Of a stretch of 64,000 nucleotides of DNA, positions 37,472-50,051 are shown one piece after another. Source of the DNA: Octopus sinensis. Lineage: Eukaryota. The first letter of the stretch is position 1, and the number at the start of each line of letters is the position of its first letter. The notes under the pieces were generated by a model. The model saw nothing but the letters and a program-made list of their open reading frames with translations. It had not been told where the DNA came from and made no database searches. Where the stretch lies: the NCBI RefSeq assembly GCF_006345805.1, contig NC_043000.1, positions 63,736,001 to 63,800,000 on the forward strand. Direction: 5' to 3'. Position numbers and translations under genes: made by a program.

Positions 37472-38608
37472 ATGAAACCTTTTGTTGCTGTTCATGCTGG
37501 AGCTGGCTATCATTCTTTTTCTAAAGAAACTGATTATACTAAAACTAGTAAGACTGCCTGCCAAGTTGGAATTATGTCATTGAAAAATAACGTATCAGCA
37601 CTGAATGCTGTAGTTTCAGTTCTAGCAGTTTTGGAAGATGCGACATGTACAAATGCCGGAATTGGCTCGAATTTAACACTAAATGGAACCGTAGAATGTG
37701 ATGCCTCTGTAATGGACGGACATACAAGGGCTTATGGAGCTGTTGGCGCTGTATCTGGTATAAAAAATCCTGTATGTATAGCAAAAACATTAATTGATGC
37801 TCAGCTGAAAGGATTATCTCTTGGTAGAGTCCCTCCGAGTATTCTAGTCGGACGAGGAGCTTATGACTGGGCTCTGAAGCAAGGTTTAAACCATGTGTCC
37901 GATAGCATTCTCGTAACAGAATCATCACAAAAGACTTATGAAAACTACAAACAAAAGCTTTTGGCACTTGATAACCGGCTTATTTGTAAAGCTAAAAGAA
38001 AATATCTTGAAAAGAAATCGGTTATAAATCATAGAAAAGATTCGTCTTCCAACATTGAAGAAGTTGAAAACAGTGATGACATTTCTCAGCACCAAGATAC
38101 AGTCGGTGCCATATGTGTAGATAAACAAGGGAATATTGCTTGTGCTGTATCTAGTGGTGGACTATCTCTAAAACAACCTGGTCGGCTAGGTTCCGCAGCT
38201 GTTTTTGGTGCTGGTTGCTGGGCGGCTAATAATACTGCGGATTCAGCTGGTATTGGGGTTGTAACATCTGGCACCGGTGAATATCTTATCAGGACCATTT
38301 TTGCAAAAGAATTTGCCGAGTGTATTCTCTCTGAAGAGGATACAACATTAGCTGTTAACAAAGCTTTTGAGCGGAAGTTTTTCGGATCCCCTTTACTGAG
38401 CAATATTAAAGATAAGTATGCTGGTGCATTGCTCATAAAATTAGTAGAAGCTAATGAAATTGAACTTGTGTCGGCACATTGCACCTCAAGTATGTGCGTC
38501 GGCTATGCAATTGATGGAAAAGAACCAAAAGCATATATATCAAGACTCTCAAGCTCACAAAAACCTGGAAAGTCTTTAAGTATTCAAGGGAAACATTTCT
38601 TTTTATGA
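37466..38608 (+). CDS. TASP1: Threonine aspartase 1 (Taspase 1, Ntn-hydrolase, type 2 asparaginase family), 380 aa, single exon
   Basis: Motifs VAVHAGAG, LEDATCTNAGIGSNL, VECDASVMDG, GIKNP, GRVPP, autocleavage site QD/TVGA (D211/T212), SSGGLSLKQPGRLG..FGAGCWA and TSGTGE. A basic NLS-like stretch KAKRKYLEKK is present. The ORF is uninterrupted. Confidence 0.95.
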   Translation: MAMKPFVAVHAGAGYHSFSKETDYTKTSKTACQVGIMSLKNNVSALNAVVSVLAVLEDATCTNAGIGSNLTLNGTVECDASVMDGHTRAYGAVGAVSGIKNPVCIAKTLIDAQLKGLSLGRVPPSILVGRGAYDWALKQGLNHVSDSILVTESSQKTYENYKQKLLALDNRLICKAKRKYLEKKSVINHRKDSSSNIEEVENSDDISQHQDTVGAICVDKQGNIACAVSSGGLSLKQPGRLGSAAVFGAGCWAANNTADSAGIGVVTSGTGEYLIRTIFAKEFAECILSEEDTTLAVNKAFERKFFGSPLLSNIKDKYAGALLIKLVEANEIELVSAHCTSSMCVGYAIDGKEPKAYISRLSSSQKPGKSLSIQGKHFFL

Positions 38609-40639
38609 ATTTCATTTACAAGGTAATTTAATCTTTACAGCAATGAATAACAAGAATCTTACACCAGACAACTTCTGAAGTCCTTGGGTCCAATTCATTT
38701 TGCTATATACTGGAATCTAGTTAATTTTATAAATTAAAAAGACATATTCAAATTAGCTAACCAATATCAAAAAGCACTAAATTGGTTATTTTTTAATGTT
38801 TATTTGCTAAATAATCTTTTACAACGATTTTTTAATATTTTATTTTATTACATTTTGGATTTACATAGTCCAACACTAATCTTTCAGAGTCTCTTGTAGT
38901 TACTTTAAATACTTTGGGTCATTTATAAAAGTGCCAAGTTACAATTTCACTAGCTTAAAATTTGTTATTCACTTACCAATTTAAACCTGCCCAATTTTCC
39001 ATTTTTTCAAACTTTATATTTAGTTAAATAGTATATAGATGCCTTCTACTTGATTTATTACAGTTACCTTAAAGGTCCCTTAAAGTTCACACACATACTT
39101 CATTGTTTACTTTTTTTCTTGTGTGGTGATAATATTTTGTAGGTGACTTTGGTTATTTTATCAAATTATCAGTAAAATATGACCAGTTTGACACTTCTCA
39201 CATGAAAAGTCTTTAAACTCCTGCACAAACTGTTTTTAGACTTGGAGACCTGAATGAAATACAAACGAAAGAGGAGAGTGAATATGTTGCTAGAAATTTG
39301 ATGAAACAGATGAGTCCAAATCCTCAGTATTTGATGAAATGATATTGCAATAATGAATAATACTGCAAATCAGAACAGGCCAAGGCTACAGTTTGCTACC
39401 TCACAGCTGAAGATTTAGTGTGTCTCATTCATAAGTACTGTTCTGTGTTTAGTCCAAGACTATAAACTGTCCTTTAGCTACAAGCAGGTAGAACTGGTAA
39501 GTTGGAAACAGTGACAGGTGTACTAGTCCATCAAATTAACTGTTCACTACATATGAAATAAAATTACTAAAAGAACTATCCAGTAAAAAAAAAAACATAA
39601 AGATAACTGACACCTTAGATTTGTTTTGTGGGTTTTTTGGCGGGGTGGGGGTCATTTTTAAATGGAAACATTGCACCAAACCCTTCATATAACTTTTTCC
39701 CGCCAACTTTCAAGTAATACAATTGCAACTGTATTGACACAAGTGTGGTTTGCTCATCCTTCAACCTGCTAGAAATAGCAATCATATCTCTCTCACAAAA
39801 CCAAACTTTAGTGTCTTTAAAAAAGAAAGGATATATTAGATGATGTAATCCGAGAAACATTGTACCTGATTAAATGGTATGTTGATGAAGGATAGAATAT
39901 CCTTAACCAAAGGTTTACCAGATCAGGTCTGCTTTGAGTTAAACAACTACATTGTTGTATACATAATAGGATTTCCAAGATTTCTACATTGAAAATTGTA
40001 AGGCTAATATAACTTTCAGATGTTGGTACAAAGTATTCTAATGCTATTATATTTATGTCTATCTGAAATTTGTTTAATCAGAAGTCAGCTTTGATTGAGC
40101 AAATCTATGGTCAGTGTCACTCCATCCATAACCACCCCATTATTTTAGGTATATGTATGACTATCCAATATGTCCGCTGCTTTCCAAAAACAGTAGCGTT
40201 TGATTAGCAGAATATTTGGCTGTTGTTTCTTGCAGGTCAAACAAGCATGGAAAGACTCCTTTGTTGGCTTGTTAATATAACCATGCAACTACACATCTTG
40301 CTTGAAAACAGTGTTAGCTATTGGCAGTTTTTATCTTGACAGTATAGATGCCAGATTGGAACATTGTTTTATGCTTACAACGGATAACAAAACCAAGGAT
40401 TGTAAAGTGGAAAACAATAACAATGTACAAGTTACCTATAGAAACAAGCCTATTTGTATTAATACAAAACCATATGGAAGAAGTAAATTATATTAGTGAC
40501 TCTTTCTATAGTATTCAGTCTTGAAAACACTTGATTTGAACTGACTCATTTATACTGAAATTAACTTGCACTCTTGAATATTATGAAATTTATTTCTTTA
40601 AATGCCACAAATTGTATCAAGTGGCACAGCCATTCTTTT

Positions 40640-40850
40640 CTACTCTAGGCACAAGGCCTGAAATTTTGGGTGAGGGGGCCAGTCAATTAGATTGACCCTA
40701 GTATGCAACTGGTACTTAATCTATCGACCCCAAAAGGATGAAAGGCAAAGTCGACCTTGGTGGAATTTGAACTCAGAATGTAAAGACAGACGAAATACCA
40801 CTAAGCATTCTCCCAGTGTGCTAACATTTCTACCAGCTTGCCACCTATTT
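40640..40850 (-). mobile_element. SINE family B copy (further decayed copies at ~41030-41310 and 42430-42610)
   Basis: Reverse complement of the family B core (GGATGAAAGGCAAAGTCGACC, GAATTTGAACTCAGAA). Confidence 0.75.
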
Positions 40851-42828
40851 TCCTTCTTTTATTTGCAGATGACACAGAATGTGTTAGTGCTGTCATTTTA
40901 TTTATTCAGTAGTAAGTATTGTCATGTAGTTAGGGACTAGCCAGCTTTTATACCAAAAAAAAAATATTTTCTCTAACACAAGTACAGAAGCTGAAGTTTG
41001 ATGAGAAAAGTTAGCTGATTAATTTGACCTTATTACTTGATTGATCAACCCTGGAAGGATAAAAGTCTAAGTTAACCTCAGCAGGATTTGAAACCAGAGC
41101 TTAGAGCCAGAAGTAATATTTCTAAAGAAGACACAAGGAGCAAAATTTTGAGGTTAAATAGATTACATCCACCTTTGTACATGATTGCTACTTTTTTTAT
41201 TAACCCAAAATAATGAAGGCCAAAGTCGATCCCAGTGGGATTTGAAATTAGAATGTAATGGACCATAACTAAATACTGCAAAACATTTTGTCCAACACCT
41301 CAATGATTCCACCATTCCAATGCAAAGATGAAATAATGCTTGTCATGATGTCCTGTTTGGTATACTTCAAAGTATGGAATGAATATTATTTAATGAAATT
41401 GTTACAACATAATGGTAGCTGTTGAAGTATGATCTTGTGAAAATATAACCTCTGTGTTCTCATAAGCTGTCCAATATATTGTTAGTGCTAGTCTAGTATT
41501 TTCACAATTAACAGCTACCTTGGTTTAGTAAGGATACTTCTTTAACAAATTTACCATTAGCTTTACAAAGAGAACCCCATATTTCAATCCCTAAACCTTA
41601 GGACTGAATCCTCTGAAATGAAAATTACATGAGTGAATGATTTTTTTTTAATCTGTTTTTTCCATGCTATGATCCCATGAGGGTGTGACTGGGGCTATTC
41701 AAATTTAACAACTAAATATTAATAATTTCATGAGGGAGCTCATTTGTGATCATTCAACAAGCTACAAATATCAGCCAAATTCCATTAGATCACACATCTT
41801 AACTCTAGCATTCAGATTATTCTGTTTAATGTAATGCTTGTTCATTCACATTGTTGTGAATTAATCATACATTATCTGATAGCTTTGAGATTTCCATGAT
41901 GTGCTCTTTTATTCTTAGAATGACATTGTAGGGTAGATGTGAGAGGCTGAAAATGGCCAGTCTGTACATGAAACAGGTATAATATTTGGGCCAGATATGG
42001 CCAGTTTAAAATTAAAGGGTTAAAATAAAGCTGGAAGGACACATTTGACAAGCTAATTCTAGGTATGTCTGCTCAACCAGAGCTGAGCTTGAACTAAGCA
42101 ACAGCTAAATAAAAATCTGACAATCTTGTCATGCAATAAAACAATAAATTGATATCACAGAGCCTACTATATTTTGTTTGCCTTTTGAATGTAGAGTCTT
42201 ATGAAAATATTTATTGATTTGAATCAACAATTTAGGGTAGAGAATACCATATCAGGAAAATATATACATTCTCCAGCTTTTTTTCTTCTTCTCGTTTTGA
42301 ACTTGTAGTTCCTTCATCTAAATTTTACATCAAATTGTATAAAAATTTCTGATGTTATACAATCTAATGTTAGCCTCTCTCTTTCTCTCCATTCCCGTCT
42401 CTCTATCTATCTATCTTTCTTTCTACAATAGGCACAAGGCCTGAAATTTTATGGGAGAGGAATAATCGATTACATCGACCCCAGTACTTGATTGTACTTT
42501 ATTTCATCAACCCCGAAAGAATGAGAGGCAAAGTCGCCCTCGGCGGAAGTTGAGCTGAGAAATATAAAGTAGCAGAACAAATGCTGATAAGCATTTTGTC
42601 CGACGTGCACGTGTTTCCACTAGCTTGCTGCCTTTTCACAGATATTTTAAATGAAAGGGTTGTCTCGTAATGCAAGCATGAGTTAATTCCCTTTATGTTG
42701 ACGACGTCCTTGGTAACAGTGAAATAAACTCGCAAAACAAACTTAGTTTTAAGGGGGAAATTATAAGTATTTGCTTGGTTAAGGCAAAATATTTCAAGTA
42801 GATTCCCCATAGCGCGAACTAGGAAATA

Positions 42829-43054
42829 ATGATTCAAAAAAGCACGTATTTCGAACAATCTATTCAAAATATAGAAATCATCGTTAAAAAAATCCTGCAT
42901 TGTAGTAACTGGTTTAGTAGTGACCGAGTTGACAATGAGCTTGTACACCTCCTTAAAGGTCTTCATCAACTTTGGTTGGACAACAATATACTTCAAAGTT
43001 CCACAGAATGGTCCAGTCAACAAGATTCTCGATATATGTTTTCATCAAGGCAAG
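42829..43054 (+). other. Probable first (5' leader) exon of the downstream multi-exon gene; 5' boundary unknown
   Basis: Unique CpG-containing sequence ending at a strong donor AAG|GTAGGT (43055). All three ATG-initiated frames stop in or just after the next exon. Confidence 0.4.
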
Positions 43055-43092
43055 GTAGGTGTTAAAAACTCATTTCGCAGCAAGAACAAGAT

Positions 43093-43495
43093 AGACACAG
43101 GCATGACTGTGCAGTAAGAAATTTGTTTCCCAACTTCATAGTCTCAGGTTCAATCCTACCGCAGGGCACCTTGGGCAAGTGCATTCTACTATAGCCCCAG
43201 GCCGACCAAAACCTTGTGAGTGGATTTGGTAAACTAGAACTGAAAGAAGCCCATTGTGTGTATGTGTTTGTTACTGTCGCCTTGACTTCATATGATAGTT
43301 GTAAACGAAAATCACCCTCTTGAAAGTTGTGTCCTTTTCCAATCTTCTGTGGAAATGTGAGGTCATGGAAGTATTACCTTACTTGAAAATAGGTACGGGC
43401 TTGCGACAGGAAGGGCGTCTGGCTGTAAAAAAATCTACTTCAATAAATTCTGTCCGACCCATGCAAGCATGAAAAATTAGATAAATGATGATGCT
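43093..43495 (+). mobile_element. SINE with family A head and an alternative tail ending in (GAT)n
   Basis: Family A head followed by GAAGGGCGTCTGGCTGTAAAA...ACCCATGCAAGCATG...GATGATG. The reverse form of this tail occurs at ~48565-48725, 56755-56960 and 62735-62910. Confidence 0.65.
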
Positions 43496-43570
43496 GAATT
43501 AGTTACTGGATAAATTATTTACTATATCCCTTTGAATTTTATGTGAATTCTTGTTTTGGTTTAATGACAG

Positions 43571-43625
43571 GGAGTTGTCCTGGGCTGCTGAGACCGACAT
43601 GGTGAAGAGAGTTAAAATCTACGAG
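43571..43625 (+). other. Probable 55-nt internal leader exon
   Basis: Acceptor TTTTGGTTTAATGACAG| and donor GAG|GTATAA. One open frame (ELSWAAETDMVKRVKIYE), which is out of phase with the next exon found. Confidence 0.4.
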
Positions 43626-43802
43626 GTATAATTATAATTTAGTACCCCCACCACCACGAGTAAACCCTTTTAATACCAACCCCCTTCTACTGATAGCAGT
43701 AGTAGTCAGAACCGATGCCGGCCATGCTCCGACGGCGTGGTCGATATCGCAATGCGGTCCGTCCCCCACAAATTTCAGGCCTTGTGCCTATAGTAGAAAG
43801 GA

Positions 43803-44431
43803 TTATTACCTCCGCCTTAGCGGAGGTATTGTTTTCAGTCATATCTCAAGAACCACTGGATGGATTCTGATGAAACTTTCATGGATGTTTGGCTTCGTGA
43901 CTGGCATGAACTGATTAGATTTTAGGATCGATCTAGTACCAGACAAGGATTCTGGATTATTTGTTATATTTACTTTACACGATTACGGTCTTACATTGAC
44001 TTCAAGTCTTTCTCAATTTTCTCCCTTTAGGCTGTTTCCAAAGTTTTATTTTCGTTTCTCTATTATTAATTTTACTCATATCTCTATCTTAGAAGAAATT
44101 GATGGATAAAGAAATCAAACTATATAAACAAACGGCAGCAAAACCTTTCAGAAATTAAATAACACTAACATGTTTTTATAATATATATATTATATATGCA
44201 TATTAACACTTTACAGTATATTTCCATATATATATACATCGATGAGGATTCTGGATTATTTTTCTGGTTTCTTTACTTAATTTTTGAGAGTGGTCGGGTT
44301 CATTTTTAGTATTCTCGTTTATGAGAGCAGTCAAGTGTATTTCAGATATTCTCATTTTAAAAATCTCCAGCTAATCATTGAGAGGTCACTGGTGTTGCCT
44401 TGGCAGAGGTTTGCACTCTCAGAGTGCTTTT
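43803..44431 (+). mobile_element. Helentron/DINE-like non-autonomous element
   Basis: 5' TTATTACCTCCGC-CTTA-GCGGAGGT (subTIR plus inverted repeat), 3' subTIR GGCAGAGGT, then stem-loop GCACTCT-C-AGAGTGC and TTTT. Confidence 0.7.
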
Positions 44432-44439
44432 GGAAGTAA

Positions 44440-45700
44440 AGTTGACCATGGAAGAATTTGAATGTGAAGACAGACAAAATGCTGCTAGGCATTTCTTCTG
44501 CTGTGCTAACAATTCTGCCAACCTTAATAATAATGATAATAATAATAATAATAATGATCCTTTCTGCTATAGACACAAAGTTTGAAATTTGGGGGAGGGG
44601 ACTGTAATTGACTTCCTTCTCACTTAAAAAATTCCTAGTTTTGTACCGAGGTGGCAAGCTGGCAGAATCGGTAGCACACTGGGCAAAATGCTTCACTGCA
44701 TTTCTTCCATCTTTACATTCTGAGTTCAAATTCTGTCATGGTTAACTTTACCCTTTCATCCTTTCAGGGTCAATAAAATAAGTACTAGCTGTGTACTGTG
44801 GTCGATGTACTCAACTGTCCCCTCCCCCAAATGTCAGGCTTTATGCCTATAGCAGAAAGGATTATTATTATTATTATTATAAAGGTGATATGTTGGCAGA
44901 ATTGTTAGCACATCCGAAGAAATACCTCACAGCATTTTGTCTGTCTTTACATTCAAATTCTGCCATGGTCAACTTAACTTCCATCCTTTCAAGGTCAATG
45001 AAATAAATACCAGTTGCACACTGTGTCAAGGTAGTAACTAGCCATCCCCCACCAAAAAAATTTTAGGCCTTGGGCCTATAGTGGGAGGTATTATTATTAT
45101 CATTAAAACAGTGAACTGGCACAGCCATTAGCATGTTGAACAAAATTGTTTGACAGCATTTCTTCCAGATCTTTACATTGTTGGTTCAAGACCTATGGAA
45201 GTCAACTTTGCCATTCATCATTTTGGGGTCAATAAAATAAGTATTAGTTTAGCACAGTAATTCACTTACGTCTCACTTAAAAAATTCCTGGTTTTGTACC
45301 AAATAGAAAGAATTTGAGATAAGTTGACAGAACTGTTAGCGCACAGGGCAAAATGCTGAGTGGCATTTTGTTTCTCCTTAGCTTTGCCTTTCATTCTTTC
45401 ATGGCCAATACAATAAGTACCAGTTGAGCACTGGGGTTGATGTAATCAACTAACCACCTCCCCCAAAATTTCCAGCTTTGTGTCTAAAGGAGAAAGAATT
45501 ATTATTATTTGATGGTTTCAATTCTTAATGTTCTGAGTTCAAATCTAGTCAAAGTCAACTTGCCTTTCATCCTTTCAGAAACAGTCAAGTACTCGGATTG
45601 ATTTAACCAACTGATTTCTCTACCACCACCACTAAATATCTGGTTTTGTGTTAATCACAGAAAGGATTATTATTGTTGTTGTTAGGGTGGTGAATTGACA
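44440..45700. mobile_element. Cluster of ~6-7 decayed family B SINEs separated by (ATT)n/(AAT)n tails
   Basis: Repeated GGCAGAAT..TTAGCAC heads, CTTTCATCCTTTC cores and GAAAGGATTATTATT tails. Confidence 0.7.
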
Positions 45701-46109
45701 GAGTCATTAGTCAGACAAAACGCTTTGTCATATTTAGTTGCAACCTTTTCTGATCCAAATTCATATTTGGATCTCACCTTACCTTCTGGGATTAATAGAA
45801 TAGAATAACACTTAAGTTACAGGAGTCAGTTTAACTCTTTAGCATTCACATTTCTCTGTCAAATGTAATAAATAATATCTATTTACATTGATTTGAATTA
45901 ATTACACATTACCTTGTAGCTTTGAGATTTCAATGATGTAATTCTTTTATTCTTTTACTTGTTTCAATCATTAGACTGCTTTAAAGGGGTTTTGTCAAAC
46001 AAATTGACCCCAGGACTTATTTTTTAAAGTCTAGTACTTATTGTATTGGATTCTTTTGCCAAACCACTATGTTACAGGTACATAAACACACCAACATCAG
46101 TTGTCAAAT

Positions 46110-46838
46110 GATGATGATAATAATAATGATGAAATTATTGTATACAGTGCTCAGGTGCACCACAACTTGTCAAAAGTGCATACAAAGCATATGCAGTAAT
46201 GTACAAATGTCTGGGAAGTGAACAGTGTATGAGTCAGATACATACTTGCATGTGTATGGAGGGGAGAAAATCAGGTGTAGTGTTGGCGAATCTCAGGAAG
46301 CATGGAAGTTTTGAAGGATGCAGTGCTCCGACAACTAACAACTGATGCCAGCAGTTTGTTCCATACTTCAGCAACTCTTAGCGTGAAAAAATGTTTCCGA
46401 AAGTCATGGGAGCTGTGCTGTTTTCTGACTTTGTAAACATGTCCATGGGTGTTAGACAGGTGGAGCTTGAAAAGGTGCTCTGAGTTATTGTTAGTCAGAT
46501 GGTTAATAATTTTATGGGTGTCTGCCAAGTCAGCTGCCAGACGTCAGAGTTTCAATAGATCCATGCCCAGGGAAGTAAAGCGTTCAGAATATGGCAAATG
46601 CCTGATGGAGGGTATTCTCTTGGTTGCACATCGCTGAACAGTTTCCAGACGATTAATATCCTGGGCAAGATAGGGATTCCAGACTGGTGATGTAAATTCC
46701 AGCTGAGGCCGCACCATAGCTATATAAAGCTTCAGATAGATAGCCAGAGAGCAGCTCACAAAGGACTTGGGAAGTGATGCCAAGACACCCTCAGCCTTCT
46801 TGGCAATTTTAGCAATGTGTTTTGTCCAATGCAAATTG
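46110..46838 (-). mobile_element. 5'-truncated CR1/L2-type LINE 3' end, antisense within an intron
   Basis: Minus-strand LYIAMVRPQLEFTSPVWNPYL..DINRLETVQRCATKRIP..LPYSER and RKHFFTLRVAEVWNKL, the classic CR1/L2 ORF2 C-terminus. Confidence 0.9.
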
Positions 46839-47736
46839 CACACACACACACAGCGAACTGCTTTCAGTTTCTATCTGCCAAATCCATGCACAAAGTTGAA
46901 GACACTTACCCAAGGTGCCATGCAGTGGGCTTGAAATCAGAATCGTGTTGTTAGGTAGTAAACCTCTCACCACACTGCCATGCCTGTGCCTATCATAACT
47001 GTTGATAATAATGAAGCCAACTAGAAAGCCACTATATGGTCCCTCAACCTATTAGAAATAGTAGCCAAATCACACTGTGTTAAATAAAGGTACATTGGAT
47101 AGTGTTGTCCTTTCATAGACAAATATTACAGGACAGTCACAACTGGAATATCTTTGGATCATCAGTCTGTTCAGTTAAGGCTGATCTTATGCTAAATAAC
47201 AATAACAACCATTTTTTTTTTTAATGGCTAGTTTTTTTATTATTTCTTTAACCATTTTGTTGCTATATTTCTGTTGAAATACACTACTATTGTTTCAGTC
47301 AATTTTGAAAATAAGGAACAATTTGTTAAAATAACTTTGTCATTATTAAGTTGGTGTTTAGAACATAAATAAACATGAAGTTTCAATGGAAGTCTTTAAT
47401 TTTGATCCCTTTAAAGCAGGTAGTTTGCACCATTGAATCATAAAGGCAGTCCCTGGTGGATTGTTAGCAAAAGGATTAAATCATTCCACTTCAGTGTTCT
47501 GTTGCTCTGATTTTGTCAGAGCTCTCCCAATGCAAGTCTGCATTCATCTGTTTGATTTTTGACACACGCTGTATCTTTCATAAAACCAATCTAGGATACA
47601 TTATTGCCAAAGTTAAGATTTTGTTTTCTTTTGTTTTATATTGGGTTATTTTATGCTTTGGACATTTCCAGATGTTAGTGAAATGTGTATTTATGTATAC
47701 TGATGTTTTTTTTTTTTGCCTTTTATTTTAGTGCTT

Positions 47737-47877
47737 ATGCAACTTTTAAATGCAACAAGAATCTTTCTGGATGAGTATATGGATAAGTTTGATATACTCA
47801 AATACAGGGAGTTGCAGCCAAACCAAAAGAGTAGCATAGAAGAATGGGCACTTGTATCTTTGAACAATATTAGGATG
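47737..47877 (+). CDS. Unidentified multi-exon gene, coding exon 1 (exon starts 47732, first in-frame ATG 47737)
   Basis: Long poly-T acceptor TTTTATTTTAG| and donor ATG|GTGAGA. 47 codons (MQLLNATRIFLDEYMDKF...NNIRM), phase 0, matching the next exon. Confidence 0.7.
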
Positions 47878-48984
47878 GTGAGAGAATATCTCTTTGTTAA
47901 CATGTTATTTACCTACTATTTTTAATTATATGGTAAGTAAGGTGTTGAGCTGGCAGAATTGTTGGCAAAATGCTTAGCAGCATTTTGTCTGTTTGACCAT
48001 TCTGAGTTCAAAGCCAAGATCAACTTTGCCTTTCATCCTTTCAGGGTGGATAAAATAAGTACCAGTTGAGAACTAAGGTTGATGTAATTAACTTATCCTC
48101 TTCCTTGAAACTGCTGGCTTTGTGCCAGAATTTGAAACCATTATATGGTAAGTATTTCCAAGGACCTGATTAATTGTAGTAGTGGAAAGACTTGCTTGGT
48201 ACCTTGAACCTGAGAACTATACCATTTTATTATCATCAAGCAGACCTATCAACAAAGGTGTTCTATCTGTGACTATTCTTATTTCTAGCTATAGAAAAGA
48301 ACACATTTAATATGTTCTTTTTTTATAACGGTAATATGTTACTTCAGAGAGATTTTACAGTTATTTCTTGCTATATTTGTAAAAGATTCTATGACAATGA
48401 CAGGCTTAGGTTAAAAATAATTTCTTCAAAAATGCTATATATACACAGAGAAACCATCTTCCTATAATAACATCTAGTTACATTCATTCTTTCTAAGGCG
48501 GAGAGTTGACAGAATTGTTAGCTTGCTGGACAAAATTCTTAGTAGCATTTCATCCATCTGTATATTCATCATCATCATCGTCATTTAACATCCGCTTTCC
48601 ATACTGGCATGGGTTGGATGGTTTGACTGAGGGCTGGCAAGCCAGAATGCTGTACCAGCTGGATGCCCTTCCTAATGCCAACCACTCCAAGAGTGTAGTG
48701 GGTGCTTTTTATGTGCCACCAGCATTTTGTCCATCTTTATGTTCCGAGTTAGGATTATGCTGAGGTCAACTTGGACTTTCATCCTTTCAGAGTTGATAAA
48801 ATAAGTACCAGTTGAACAATGGGGTCCATGTAATCAACTTATTCCTCCCCTAAAGCTGCTGGTTTGGGACCAAAATTTGAAAACTATCAACATATTCTTT
48901 CTTTCTTCAACTCTCTTAGAATTCAAAATTTGCATCATTCCCTTTTCTTATTTTTTACTATCCACTTCATTTTCACTTGTTTTA

Positions 48985-49405
48985 TCTCTCTCTTTACACT
49001 TTACTCTTTTACTTGTTTCAGTCATTTGACTGCGGCCATGCTGGAGCACCGCCTTTAGTCGAGCAACTCGACCCTGGGACTTATTCTTTGTAAGCCCAGT
49101 ACTTATTCTGTCGATCTCTTTTGCCGAACCGCTAAGTGACGGGGACGTAAATACACCAGCATCGGTTGTCAAGCAATGCTAGGGGGACAAACACAGACAC
49201 ACAAACATATACACACACATACATATATATACATATATACGACAGGCTTCTTTCAGTTTCCGTCTACCAAATCCACTCACAAGGCTTTGGTCGGCCCGAG
49301 GCTATAGCAGAAGACACTTACCCAAGATGTCACGCAGTGGGACTGTTCCCGGAACCATGTGGTTGGTTAGCAAGCTACTTACCACACAGCCACTACTGCG
49401 CCTCA
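48985..49405 (-). mobile_element. Full-length SINE family A
   Basis: Reverse complement of the complete consensus; closely similar to the copy at 49650. Confidence 0.9.
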
Positions 49406-49649
49406 CCATCTTTTTTTTCTCTCTATTTTATCTCTTGAGATTTTGCTGCAGATATCATATTGTGCTCTTAAATTGCATGTACAGTTTTGTTTGCCTTAGT
49501 CTGCTTATATATAGATTGTTGTATTTACTCTTGTTGTTGTTGAGTCCCAAGTACACTCTGACTGAGCAGGCTTATGATTAAAAATATTCCGGCCATGACT
49601 ATCTTGTCTGTTTAAAGTTATGTAGGATTACATTATTTAATGTATCTAT

Positions 49650-50051
49650 AGGCGCAGGAGTGGCTGTGTGGTAAGTACCTTGCTTACCAACCATATGGTT
49701 CCGGGTTCAGTCCCACTGCGTGGCACCTTGGGCAAGTATCTTCTACTATAGCCCCGGGCCGACCAAAGCCTTGTGAGTGGATTTGGTAGATGGAAACTGA
49801 AAGAAGCCCGTCGTATATATGTATATATATATGCGTGTTTGTGTGTCTGTGTTTGTCCCCTAGCATTGCTTGACAACCGATGCTGGTGTGTTTATGTCCC
49901 CGTTACTTAGCAGTTCGGCAAAAGAGACCGATAGAATAAGTACTGGGCTTACAAAAGAATAAGTCCCGGGGTCGAGTTGTGCGATTAAAGGCGGTGCTCC
50001 AGCATGGCCGCAGTCAAATGACTGAAACAAGTAAAAAGAGTAAAAAGAGTA
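49650..50051 (+). mobile_element. Full-length SINE family A
   Basis: Intact A-box TGGCTGTGTGG, B-box GGTTCAGTCCC, core and tail. Confidence 0.9.

Noticed and set aside
37572-38484. Minus-strand ORFs of 131, 67 and 132 aa
   Set aside because: Antisense shadows of TASP1 with no independent signals.
42499-43023. 174-aa minus-strand ORF
   Set aside because: It runs into a SINE at its 3' end, has no recognisable motif, and is antisense to the probable leader exon.
43571-43625. In-frame TGA after Cys (GVVLGC*) as possible selenocysteine
   Set aside because: A TAA follows eight codons later in the same frame, so readthrough would not give a continuous ORF.
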